Assembly (NCBI RefSeq): GCF_051307035.1
Contig: NZ_CP195536.1
Location: forward strand, 390,001 to 422,000
Origin: Psychrobacter sp. DM4
GTDB lineage: Bacteria > Pseudomonadota > Gammaproteobacteria > Pseudomonadales > Moraxellaceae
Direction of reading: 5' to 3'
Length of the DNA stretch: 32,000 nucleotides
A model generated the notes under the pieces. The model was not told the DNA's origin and searched no databases. It saw nothing but the letters and a program-made list of their open reading frames with translations. Below are positions 7,846 to 15,101 of this stretch, in pieces. Both the position numbers and the translations under genes were made by a program. The first letter of the stretch is position 1, and each line of letters opens with the position of its first letter.

Positions 7846-10074
7846 ATGAAAAAACAACCCGCACAGTGGTTACTCAGTGCAGCCTCAGTAGGTATTGCAG
7901 GTATTATTCTAACTCAAAGCTACGGCACCGCAGTCGCTAATACTGAGACTGACGGGTTTGAGCCAACACCTGAACAAAAGATTACAACACGTCAAGTTGC
8001 CGCTTTGCTTGACCGCAGTCACTATCTAAATCAGCCCCTTGATGCCGGGATGGGTAGTGAAATACTCGCCATGTACATTGACAGTTTAGATCCGAACCAT
8101 ACTCTGTTTTTGCAGTCTGATGTTGATGAGTTCACCAAAAAATACGCTGACGATTTTGGTGATCGTCTTAAGCGTGGTGATTTGTCAGCAGGCGTCGATG
8201 TCTTTGAGCGCTACCGCAAGCGCTCAGATGAGTACTTTGAGATGGCTACCAAAATGCTCAAAAGTGATATCAAATTAACAGGTGATGAGACAATTGTACT
8301 GGATCGAGAAAAGCTGGGTCATTTTAAGACCAAAAAAGAGCAGCGTGATTATTGGACGCGCCAGTTAAAGTTTCAACTGTTAAGTATCACTTTGGGTCAA
8401 GAGGACGAAAAAGCCAAGGAAAAGGTATTCTTAGATAATCCTGATATCACTCGTGGACAAGATCTGGTGCGTGACGATCAGCGTACGCCCAATGAGATAC
8501 TACTCAACCGCTTGACGCGTCAGCAAGGACAGTTCGGCCGTCTCAAAAACGATGAGGTGATGGAGACTGTCCTTAATACGGCTATGCTGACCTATGACCC
8601 GCACAGTAACTATTATGCACCGATACAAGCGACCGAGTTACAGATTCAGTCAAGCTTGCAACTAGAGGGTATCGGCGTCTCCATCCGTCCTGATCGCAAA
8701 AACCCAGACTATACTCGAATTGTCACTTTAGTTGATGGTGGTCCTGCGGAAAAAACAGGCCAAATAAAACCGAATGATCTTATCGTCGGCATCGCAAAAG
8801 ACGGCAAAACGATGACGGATGTGGTCGGCTGGTCGACGCGAGAAGTCGTGGGTCTTATCCGCGGCAAACGCGGCACTTCGGTGACCCTTAAGCTGCGTCA
8901 ACCGAACACGCCAGATGCTAGCGCGCGTACCGTTACAGTAGTGCGCGATATTATTCAACAAGAAGAATCAGGCGTGCGTCAGCGCGTGGTAGAAGTCAAA
9001 TCACCCACTGACCAATCCCTAAAACGTATTGGTGTGCTTGAGATTCCAAGCTTTTATTTGAACTATCGCGCGCGCCGTAATGGTGAAGATTATCGCAGCG
9101 TCAGCATAGATACCGAGCGTGCGCTAAAAGAGCTAAACGAAGAAAATATCGATGGCCTCGTGGTAGATCTACGCAACAATCCAGGAGGCTCATTGGATGA
9201 AGTAGCCAAAATGCTTGGATTGTTCATTAAAGGTGGCCCTCTAGTACAAATTCGTGATAATCGTGGCAACATTCAGGTGTACCGTGATGACGACGGCGGC
9301 GAGCAGCTCTATAATGGCAAAATGGCTGTTATTACTAACTTAGCTTCAGCTTCAGCCAGTGAGATATTTGCAGCTGCCATTCAAGACTATGGTCGCGGCT
9401 TGGTGGTCGGTAGCACCACAACGGGCAAAGGCTCTGCACAGATTCAGCTGGACAATATAGCACTAGGATCAGCGACCCTTACCCAGCGTAAGTTCTATCG
9501 TATTACGGGAGGTAGTACACAAAACAAAGGCGTAGTACCAGATGTAGATTTAGTCGATATCTATGATGATGCAACCTTTGGCGAGCGCGCTCAGAAAAAA
9601 GCGCTACCTTGGGATACCATAAAGACAGCGGCATACAAGCCTGAGGGTAAGTTTACCTCTAATACGCTTGCCACGCTCAATCAGCAGTCAAAGATTCGTC
9701 AAGAGCAAAATCCGCAGTTTGTTTATCTATCGACGCTCAATGATATCCGTAATATGGAGGATGAGAAAAAACCTATCGAGATCGATATCAATAAGCGCCG
9801 CGCTAAGATGCAATTAATAGAGAAGCGCTCATTGGAGGCTGAGAATAAGCGTCTGATAGCAACTGGTGAAAAACCTTATGCCAACTGGAACGTTTATCAA
9901 GCGGCTATGGATGCCAAGTTTGAAGAGCGCAGTCAAATGAAGGCAGACGTACGTCCAGAGCTACCAGAAAGCGAAGCTTACATTAACGAAGCCGCTTATC
10001 TATTGTTGAGCGCAGAGCCGCAAATGCTTAGTAGTCCTAGTGAAAAACTATCCGCCGAAAAAAGAGGCATGTAA
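7846..10074 (+). CDS. prc: Tail-specific (C-terminal processing) protease Prc, S41 family with PDZ domain
   Basis: The 742 aa ORF has a signal peptide, an N-terminal Prc-type domain (DPNHTLFLQSDVDEF), a PDZ segment (LVDGGPAEKTG...NDLIVGI) and the S41 catalytic region (DLRNNPGGSL, ASASASEIFAAAIQDY). Confidence 0.9.
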   Translation: MKKQPAQWLLSAASVGIAGIILTQSYGTAVANTETDGFEPTPEQKITTRQVAALLDRSHYLNQPLDAGMGSEILAMYIDSLDPNHTLFLQSDVDEFTKKYADDFGDRLKRGDLSAGVDVFERYRKRSDEYFEMATKMLKSDIKLTGDETIVLDREKLGHFKTKKEQRDYWTRQLKFQLLSITLGQEDEKAKEKVFLDNPDITRGQDLVRDDQRTPNEILLNRLTRQQGQFGRLKNDEVMETVLNTAMLTYDPHSNYYAPIQATELQIQSSLQLEGIGVSIRPDRKNPDYTRIVTLVDGGPAEKTGQIKPNDLIVGIAKDGKTMTDVVGWSTREVVGLIRGKRGTSVTLKLRQPNTPDASARTVTVVRDIIQQEESGVRQRVVEVKSPTDQSLKRIGVLEIPSFYLNYRARRNGEDYRSVSIDTERALKELNEENIDGLVVDLRNNPGGSLDEVAKMLGLFIKGGPLVQIRDNRGNIQVYRDDDGGEQLYNGKMAVITNLASASASEIFAAAIQDYGRGLVVGSTTTGKGSAQIQLDNIALGSATLTQRKFYRITGGSTQNKGVVPDVDLVDIYDDATFGERAQKKALPWDTIKTAAYKPEGKFTSNTLATLNQQSKIRQEQNPQFVYLSTLNDIRNMEDEKKPIEIDINKRRAKMQLIEKRSLEAENKRLIATGEKPYANWNVYQAAMDAKFEERSQMKADVRPELPESEAYINEAAYLLLSAEPQMLSSPSEKLSAEKRGM

Positions 10075-10087
10075 GCATATACTTACA
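10070..10087 (+). promoter_or_regulatory. GacA/UvrY-type upstream activating box TGTAAG-N6-CTTACA (extended 9-bp arms span 10067-10090)
   Basis: tgtaag catata cttaca matches the published Gac box consensus TGTAAGN6CTTACA exactly. The arms gcatgtaag / cttacatgc are perfect inverted repeats. The prc stop codon TAA (10072-10074) lies inside the box. Confidence 0.55.
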
Positions 10088-10133
10088 TGCAATGAGTCTT
10101 TAGCGTCTTACTATCCATGGGCAGTTCTGCGAT

Positions 10134-10139
10134 TATAGT
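10134..10139 (+). promoter_or_regulatory. Candidate -10 hexamer (TATAGT) for the putative small RNA; no good -35, as expected for an activator-dependent promoter
   Basis: tatagt lies at 10134-10139, about 55 bp downstream of the box centre. The hexamer 17 bp upstream (ctatcc) is a poor -35. Confidence 0.35.
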
Positions 10140-10145
10140 CCTACA

Positions 10146-10328
10146 GCACAATTAAGTAATACTAGGGATTGGTATTCAAAGATTGTATCAGGGATGGTTT
10201 GCTGGTTAGGGATGGCAGGGCTAGATGCCCGATAACTACAGATAACCTCGGGATTAGGTTATCTGTAGTGTCAACAAGGATGGTTAGTAATAAAAACCGT
10301 GTAACGCTAGTCGTTATACGGTTTTGTT
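10146..10328 (+). ncRNA. Candidate Csr/Rsm-family (CsrA/RsmA-titrating) small RNA; the 5' end is only estimated
   Basis: Five GGA motifs fall within about 115 nt (10166-10168, 10192-10194, 10210-10212, 10251-10253, 10278-10280), in the recurring context (t/c)aGGGAt(t/g)g. Motif 1 sits in the GGGAU loop of a 7-bp stem (10158-10176). Motif 4 sits in the 9-nt loop of a perfect 12-bp stem (10236-10247 / 10257-10268). An intrinsic terminator follows at 10295-10328, and no ORF is present. Confidence 0.5.
10295..10328 (+). terminator. Intrinsic terminator closing the putative sRNA (and any prc read-through)
   Basis: The 12-bp stem aaccgtgtaacg (10295-10306) / cgttatacggtt (10312-10323) includes one G-U pair. 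The loop is ctagt, followed by ttttgtt. Confidence 0.7.
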
Positions 10329-10410
10329 ACGTTTGGTGAGCTGGTTTTGTTACAAAATCTTCTGCTGTTCATATTTTCTTACTAGTATTGAATTTATTTG
10401 TGTTCGTACA

Positions 10411-10450
10411 CAAAGAAGCCAGTCGCTTATTTGAGCGACTGGCTTCTTTG
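10411..10450. terminator. Strong hairpin downstream of slyD (probable slyD terminator)
   Basis: A perfect 17-bp stem joins caaagaagccagtcgct and agcgactggcttctttg, with loop tatttg. The U-tract is short on either strand, hence moderate confidence. Confidence 0.55.
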
Positions 10451-10508
10451 TATTACTTATAGTGCTAAATTAGCTTACTGTTTGCATGGATCTATTGTAA
10501 CGCAAGGA

Positions 10509-10994
10509 TCAATGCTCAACGCCACCAGCACCGTGGACATGGCCATGGCTTAGCTCATCTTCAGTTGCTGCGCGTACTTCTTGAATCTCAACGTCAAAGG
10601 TCAAACGCTTACCTGCCAAAGGATGGTTTGCATCAACAGTGACTTCTTCATCAGTCACATCAGTGACAGTTACGAGCATAACTTGCTCGCCTGCTTGTGA
10701 TTGGAACTGCATGCCTGGTTGAATATCTTCAACGCCTTGAAAATTGTCACGAGGCACTTTTTGTACCGCTTGGTCTTGATATTCGCCATAGCCATCAGCA
10801 GGCTCTACGACAGCGTTTACTTTTTCGCCAGCAGATTTGCCTTCTAGTTGTTTCTCTAGGCCTGGAATGATGTTTTGATGACCATGCAAATAAGCTAGTG
10901 GCTGACCGTCTTGAGACTGGTCTAAAACGTTGCCTTCGTCATCTTTTAGCGTGTAGTTAAATTTTACGGCAGTATCTTTTGTAATAGTCGTCAT
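10509..10994 (-). CDS. slyD: FKBP-type peptidyl-prolyl cis-trans isomerase SlyD
   Basis: The 161 aa ORF is collinear with E. coli SlyD (YLHGHxxxIxGLExxLEG, VPxDxF, DxNHxLAG). It has a short His-rich tail, HGHVHGAGGVEH. Confidence 0.88.
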   Translation of the reverse strand: MTTITKDTAVKFNYTLKDDEGNVLDQSQDGQPLAYLHGHQNIIPGLEKQLEGKSAGEKVNAVVEPADGYGEYQDQAVQKVPRDNFQGVEDIQPGMQFQSQAGEQVMLVTVTDVTDEEVTVDANHPLAGKRLTFDVEIQEVRAATEDELSHGHVHGAGGVEH

Positions 10995-11317
10995 AAATTA
11001 TCCTCGTCTTTAACACAAATTAAATATAGTAGTAATGAACCTATAAAAGCCAATCAGCCAAATGTAGAGCTAAACTATCAGTTCATTACCTCAGTTTATT
11101 AGGGCAACTGTAGCAGTTAGAGTCTTTAATTGAGATGGTTATAATAACTTTCAAGGTGAAATAATAAAAAAGGTACTCAATCGAGTAAATCTATAGTTTC
11201 AAGCAGATTTATAGTTGACGATTTAACAGTATCGGACCACAACCTATACTTTTTGCCAGTTGCGTTTTTGTACAATGACTTTTACCATAAAGGTATCCTT
11301 TGTAATAAGAACAGACT

Positions 11318-13273
11318 ATGACGACTCTTCAAACCTTTCCTGTGCACTACAAATTTGACTTTGTCCGCTTTCATGAGCACCTCGTAGATGTGAGCTTGAC
11401 CTTTGAGAGCGATAGCGATGCGCCAAGCTTGTGGATGCCGGCTTGGATTCCGGGTAGTTATTTGATTCGTGAATTTGCTCGCCATATTACCGCCGTTCAT
11501 TATCAGGTAATAGATAGTCAAGACGGCGAAACCTCTAGCCTTATTCGCGCAAAAAAGACAGACAAACATACTTGGCAGCTGCTTAAAGTAAGGGCTACCC
11601 AAACTGTGAGCGTCCACTATGAGGTGTACTGCTACGATCTATCGGTGCGGACTGCTTACGTCGACAATCAACGTCTATATGGTAATTTTACCTCGTTAGC
11701 ACTAGCGATTGAAGGGCAGGAGACATCAGCAATACAAGTAAGCTTAGTGGTACCCGAAGCATTTTTGGCAGATAAGCAATCGGATAAAGTAGTTATTGCT
11801 TGCGGGCTTGACGCCACCTTACTAGTAAGTAGTAGTCAGTCTGCTGGCGATTCGCTGAATACCGACTTGCTAGGTACTAGCCATGTTTATGGGTTACAAG
11901 CGGATAGCTACCATCACTTGATAGATTATCCTTTTGAGATTGCTGAACAGGACAAGTTTGATTTTATAATTCAAGACCAGAATCATGAGGCTCTGGCCCA
12001 TCAGTTTTACTTATCAGGCAGACACAGTGCAAACTTGGGTCGACTTCAGCAGGATCTCACTCAAATTTGTCAGAGCTATGTGAACTGGTTGGGGGATGCG
12101 CCCTTTAGCGCTTACACCTTTATGACTTACGCTAGCGGTCAGGATTACGGTGGTCTTGAACACATCAGTTCGACCAGTCTCATTACGCCGCGTCGTGATT
12201 TGCCAAACGATGATGAGTTGACGTTACCTAGTGCGGACTATCAACGGTTTTTGGGATTGTGTAGTCATGAGTATTTTCATGCCTGGTGGGTCAAGACGGT
12301 GCAGCCTGATGTTATGTTCGATGTTGACTTGCGTCATGAGGCTTTTACACCGCTGCTTTGGGTATTTGAGGGCTTTACCTCTTATGTCGATGATTTTATG
12401 CTACAAGCATCAGGCGTTATTGATAGAGCCAGCTACCTCAAACTATTAGCCGAGCAAATTAATCGCTATTATCAAACCTATGGCCGGGCTAATCAAAGCG
12501 TGGCTGAGTCAAGTTATGATGCGTGGATTAAGCTTTATCGTAGCGATGAGAATACGGGCAACGCGGGCATTAGCTATTACAATAAAGGCGCGCTGGTAGC
12601 CTTGTGTTTGGATTTGACTTTACTCAAGCAAAGCGATGGTCGTTATCGCTTGTTCGATGTGATCAAAGCCTTTTACGAGCAGGCAAAAATGTCTGATAAA
12701 CAAAGAATTGGTATCACTAGTGCCGATATGAGCCGCGTTATTAGTCAGTTCATGCCAGTAGTAGAGTGGCAGATATTCGAGCAACGATACATCGATGGTG
12801 TCGATGAGCTACCGCTGGATGAGCTGCTCGCAGTGCACGGTATTAGCATAAACCCTGACAGTAAAGACACTGCGGACAAGCAAGTGCCTTGGGGTATGCG
12901 CTGCACGGACACGCCAGCAGGTCTAAAAGTTAATCGCGTGCAGCGTGGTAGCCGTGCGGCCATTGCTGGGATATCCGCACATGATGTGATTATCGCTATT
13001 GAGGATATTAAAGCGGATAGTAAACAGCTAGCTACAGTCAAGAATGCTCAGCATAAGGTTGACTGTCATCTGTTTCGCCGTGACGAGCTCAGGCGTATCA
13101 CTGTATTACCTAATGTAGCTCAAAGTGAGAATGATATGAGCGAGCAAAGCGTGTTCCCTCATAAAGTACATTTACAGATCTCGAGTACAGAGGCGTTAAC
13201 CAAAGGTCACAAGCCATCTAAACCAGATGAACAACCTGCATGGCAGGAATGGTTAGAAGTAATGAACAAGTAG
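11318..13273 (+). CDS. M61 family metallopeptidase (glycyl aminopeptidase-like) with C-terminal PDZ domain
   Basis: The 651 aa ORF has the zinc motif HEYFHAWW and a C-terminal PDZ-like segment (GLKVNRVQRGSRAAIAGISAHDVIIAI). Confidence 0.82.
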   Translation: MTTLQTFPVHYKFDFVRFHEHLVDVSLTFESDSDAPSLWMPAWIPGSYLIREFARHITAVHYQVIDSQDGETSSLIRAKKTDKHTWQLLKVRATQTVSVHYEVYCYDLSVRTAYVDNQRLYGNFTSLALAIEGQETSAIQVSLVVPEAFLADKQSDKVVIACGLDATLLVSSSQSAGDSLNTDLLGTSHVYGLQADSYHHLIDYPFEIAEQDKFDFIIQDQNHEALAHQFYLSGRHSANLGRLQQDLTQICQSYVNWLGDAPFSAYTFMTYASGQDYGGLEHISSTSLITPRRDLPNDDELTLPSADYQRFLGLCSHEYFHAWWVKTVQPDVMFDVDLRHEAFTPLLWVFEGFTSYVDDFMLQASGVIDRASYLKLLAEQINRYYQTYGRANQSVAESSYDAWIKLYRSDENTGNAGISYYNKGALVALCLDLTLLKQSDGRYRLFDVIKAFYEQAKMSDKQRIGITSADMSRVISQFMPVVEWQIFEQRYIDGVDELPLDELLAVHGISINPDSKDTADKQVPWGMRCTDTPAGLKVNRVQRGSRAAIAGISAHDVIIAIEDIKADSKQLATVKNAQHKVDCHLFRRDELRRITVLPNVAQSENDMSEQSVFPHKVHLQISSTEALTKGHKPSKPDEQPAWQEWLEVMNK

Positions 13274-13306
13274 AGTAAAGCTTTACCGAAGTATCTTTTT
13301 ATTGAG

Positions 13307-13349
13307 AAAAATAAACCCCGTATTGAATGTTACCAATATGGGGTTTTTA
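13307..13349. terminator. Bidirectional intrinsic terminator between the convergent M61 peptidase and DUF305 genes
   Basis: The stem aaaccccgtattg (13313-13325) / caatatggggttt (13334-13346) includes one G-U pair. An A-run lies upstream and a T-run downstream. Confidence 0.75.
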
Positions 13350-13372
13350 TGGCTTTAAGTATACTCTACTGT

Positions 13373-14221
13373 TTAGGTCATAGACTCGTTAGTAAGTTCT
13401 TCAGTAGATTCAATATTTTTGTCAGGGTCTTCAACTTTTTTTTGTGTCTCTATCCAATCTTGCATCAGCTCAACCTCCACTTGCTGAGCGCTAATGATAT
13501 TTCTAGCCAGCAAACGCATCTCTTCCTCCTCGCCGTATTTTAGCTGTGTTCTTGCCATCTTTACTGCGCCGATATGGTGGGCGAGCATAGCGCGGGCAAA
13601 GGCCATATCGGCTACTGGATCTGCGATACCAGCTGACATATCATTATGCATACTCTTTGCACTACTCTTGTAAGCGCGTTGCATAGCGCTAGTGACCAGT
13701 TCTGGCTCAGGAATATCAGGATGGCTGGCGAGCCATTTTCTTAAAATATCAACCTCACCTTGCTGCACCTCGATGACTTCTTGTGCCAGCTTACGCATAT
13801 AAGGGTCGCTACCATACTTCAGCTCAATGGTAGCCATATCGATCGCGCCGCGATGATGACCGAGCATACCCTTTGCAAAGGCGGTGTCAGGATCGTTGTA
13901 ACCCATACCGATCATCATCTCATCATGCATAGCCGTCATGGATTTCGCATAGTCTTGATACCTAGCGCTCATTCTGACTTCATTTGATACTACCGTGTCA
14001 TCTACCATACCGTGCTCACTATGCGCGCTCATGTCCTCTGTCATCTTAGTGCTACTGGCATCAGACGGCAGGTCAACTACTAAACTGTCATCGTTGTCAC
14101 CAGTCATTGTCTCCTCTGGCACTGCAATACTTGTATCTTGCGGCGCAGGTTGGCAAGCACTCAACATGAAAGTCATCAGTACACTGGCAAAGAGGGGCAT
14201 AAAAAGACGAGCATTGATCAT
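13373..14221 (-). CDS. DUF305 family lipoprotein (two DUF305 half-repeats; Met/His-rich N-terminal region)
   Basis: A lipobox is present (MLSAC). There is an internal duplication: FAKGMLGHHRGAIDMATIELKYGSDPYMRKLAQEVIEVQQGEVDILRKWL and FARAMLAHHIGAVKMARTQLKYGEEEEMRLLARNIISAQQVEVELMQDWI. Confidence 0.8.
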   Translation of the reverse strand: MINARLFMPLFASVLMTFMLSACQPAPQDTSIAVPEETMTGDNDDSLVVDLPSDASSTKMTEDMSAHSEHGMVDDTVVSNEVRMSARYQDYAKSMTAMHDEMMIGMGYNDPDTAFAKGMLGHHRGAIDMATIELKYGSDPYMRKLAQEVIEVQQGEVDILRKWLASHPDIPEPELVTSAMQRAYKSSAKSMHNDMSAGIADPVADMAFARAMLAHHIGAVKMARTQLKYGEEEEMRLLARNIISAQQVEVELMQDWIETQKKVEDPDKNIESTEELTNESMT

Positions 14222-14356
14222 GACGAGTCCTTGTCAAAGGCAGGTAGACGGTAAGTAATAACAGACTTATAAATAACCCTTAGAATAGTAGCAGACAAAC
14301 CTTACCCTTTCGAGTCACTAAGTTAAAAATGTAGGCATTTTTTTGTCTACAAAGCC

Positions 14357-14959
14357 TTAAATTCCTAACCGTTGGCGTTGCTCACCATCGAGAGAAACCT
14401 GAACAAACTCTCCAACTGCCAAATCTCCAAGCTCAAATCCAGCAACCGACCAGCGAATTAGGCGCAAGCAAGGCAGGCCCACATGCGCGGTCATACGCCG
14501 CACTTGACGGTTTTTACCCTCAAAGATAGTTAGTATTAGCCATGAGTCAGGGATGTTTTTGCGCTCGCGAATAGGCGGATTGCGTGGCCATAGAGTTATA
14601 GGTAGATCCTCTGTGCTCGCTAGCTGAACCTGAGCAGGTAAAGTTTTACCGTCTTTTAGCATGACGCCATGACTCAATTGTTTTAATTGCTGAAGAGTAG
14701 GGATACCTTCTACCTGCACCAAATATGTCTTGCCTTGTTTGCGCCCGTTATTGGCTTTTGGCGGATGAGTGATGGTTTTGTTGAGTTTGCCATCAGCGGT
14801 CAATAACAGCAGTCCTTCGCTAGTAGCATCCAAGCGTCCTGCAACGCGCAAGGATTTGTCATCAAAAAACTCTGCAAGCGATGCAAATTTATTATTGTCG
14901 TCATTACTGAACTGGCTTTGTACGCCGTAGGGCTTGTTAAATAAAATAAGTGAGGTCAT
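14357..14959 (-). CDS. rluE: 23S rRNA pseudouridine synthase RluE
   Basis: The 200 aa ORF is collinear with E. coli RluE: ILFNKPY, GRLDxxSEGLLLLT, YLVQVEGIPT, LWPRNPPIRERKxIPxSWL, GxNRQVRRMTAHVG, LRLIR. It has no S4 domain. Confidence 0.88.
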   Translation of the reverse strand: MTSLILFNKPYGVQSQFSNDDNNKFASLAEFFDDKSLRVAGRLDATSEGLLLLTADGKLNKTITHPPKANNGRKQGKTYLVQVEGIPTLQQLKQLSHGVMLKDGKTLPAQVQLASTEDLPITLWPRNPPIRERKNIPDSWLILTIFEGKNRQVRRMTAHVGLPCLRLIRWSVAGFELGDLAVGEFVQVSLDGEQRQRLGI

Positions 14960-15021
14960 AAGGGGTATCGTATATAAAAGTTATCTCTGATTTTATCATG
15001 ACGCGGCGCAAAGATTTATAG

Positions 15022-15062
15022 CCAATAAAAAACACCTCAAAAAATGAATATCTTTGAGGTGT
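15022..15062 (-). terminator. Intrinsic terminator of icd
   Basis: The stem acacctcaaa (15032-15041) / tttgaggtgt (15053-15062) is followed on the minus strand by tttttatt. Confidence 0.75.
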
Positions 15063-15101
15063 CCGTGTCTAACGTGAGCCTGTCAAAAAAGAATCCTTAC
15101 A

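Noticed and set aside
10236-10268. The perfect 12-bp hairpin interpreted as the prc intrinsic terminator.
   Set aside because: No U-tract follows it on either strand. Its loop carries a GGA motif, and a canonical terminator lies 30 nt further on, so I treat it as an internal stem-loop of the candidate sRNA. A prc 3'-UTR-derived origin for that RNA remains possible.
11282-11617. A 111 aa minus-strand ORF overlapping the 5' end of the M61 peptidase gene.
   Set aside because: It is almost entirely antisense to a well-supported 651 aa gene with clear motifs. It has no recognisable domain and no RBS, so it is a typical shadow ORF.
13349-14258. Three plus-strand ORFs (64-87 aa) antisense to the DUF305 gene.
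   Set aside because: They are shadow ORFs of the minus-strand DUF305 gene, whose internal duplication and lipobox support the minus-strand frame.
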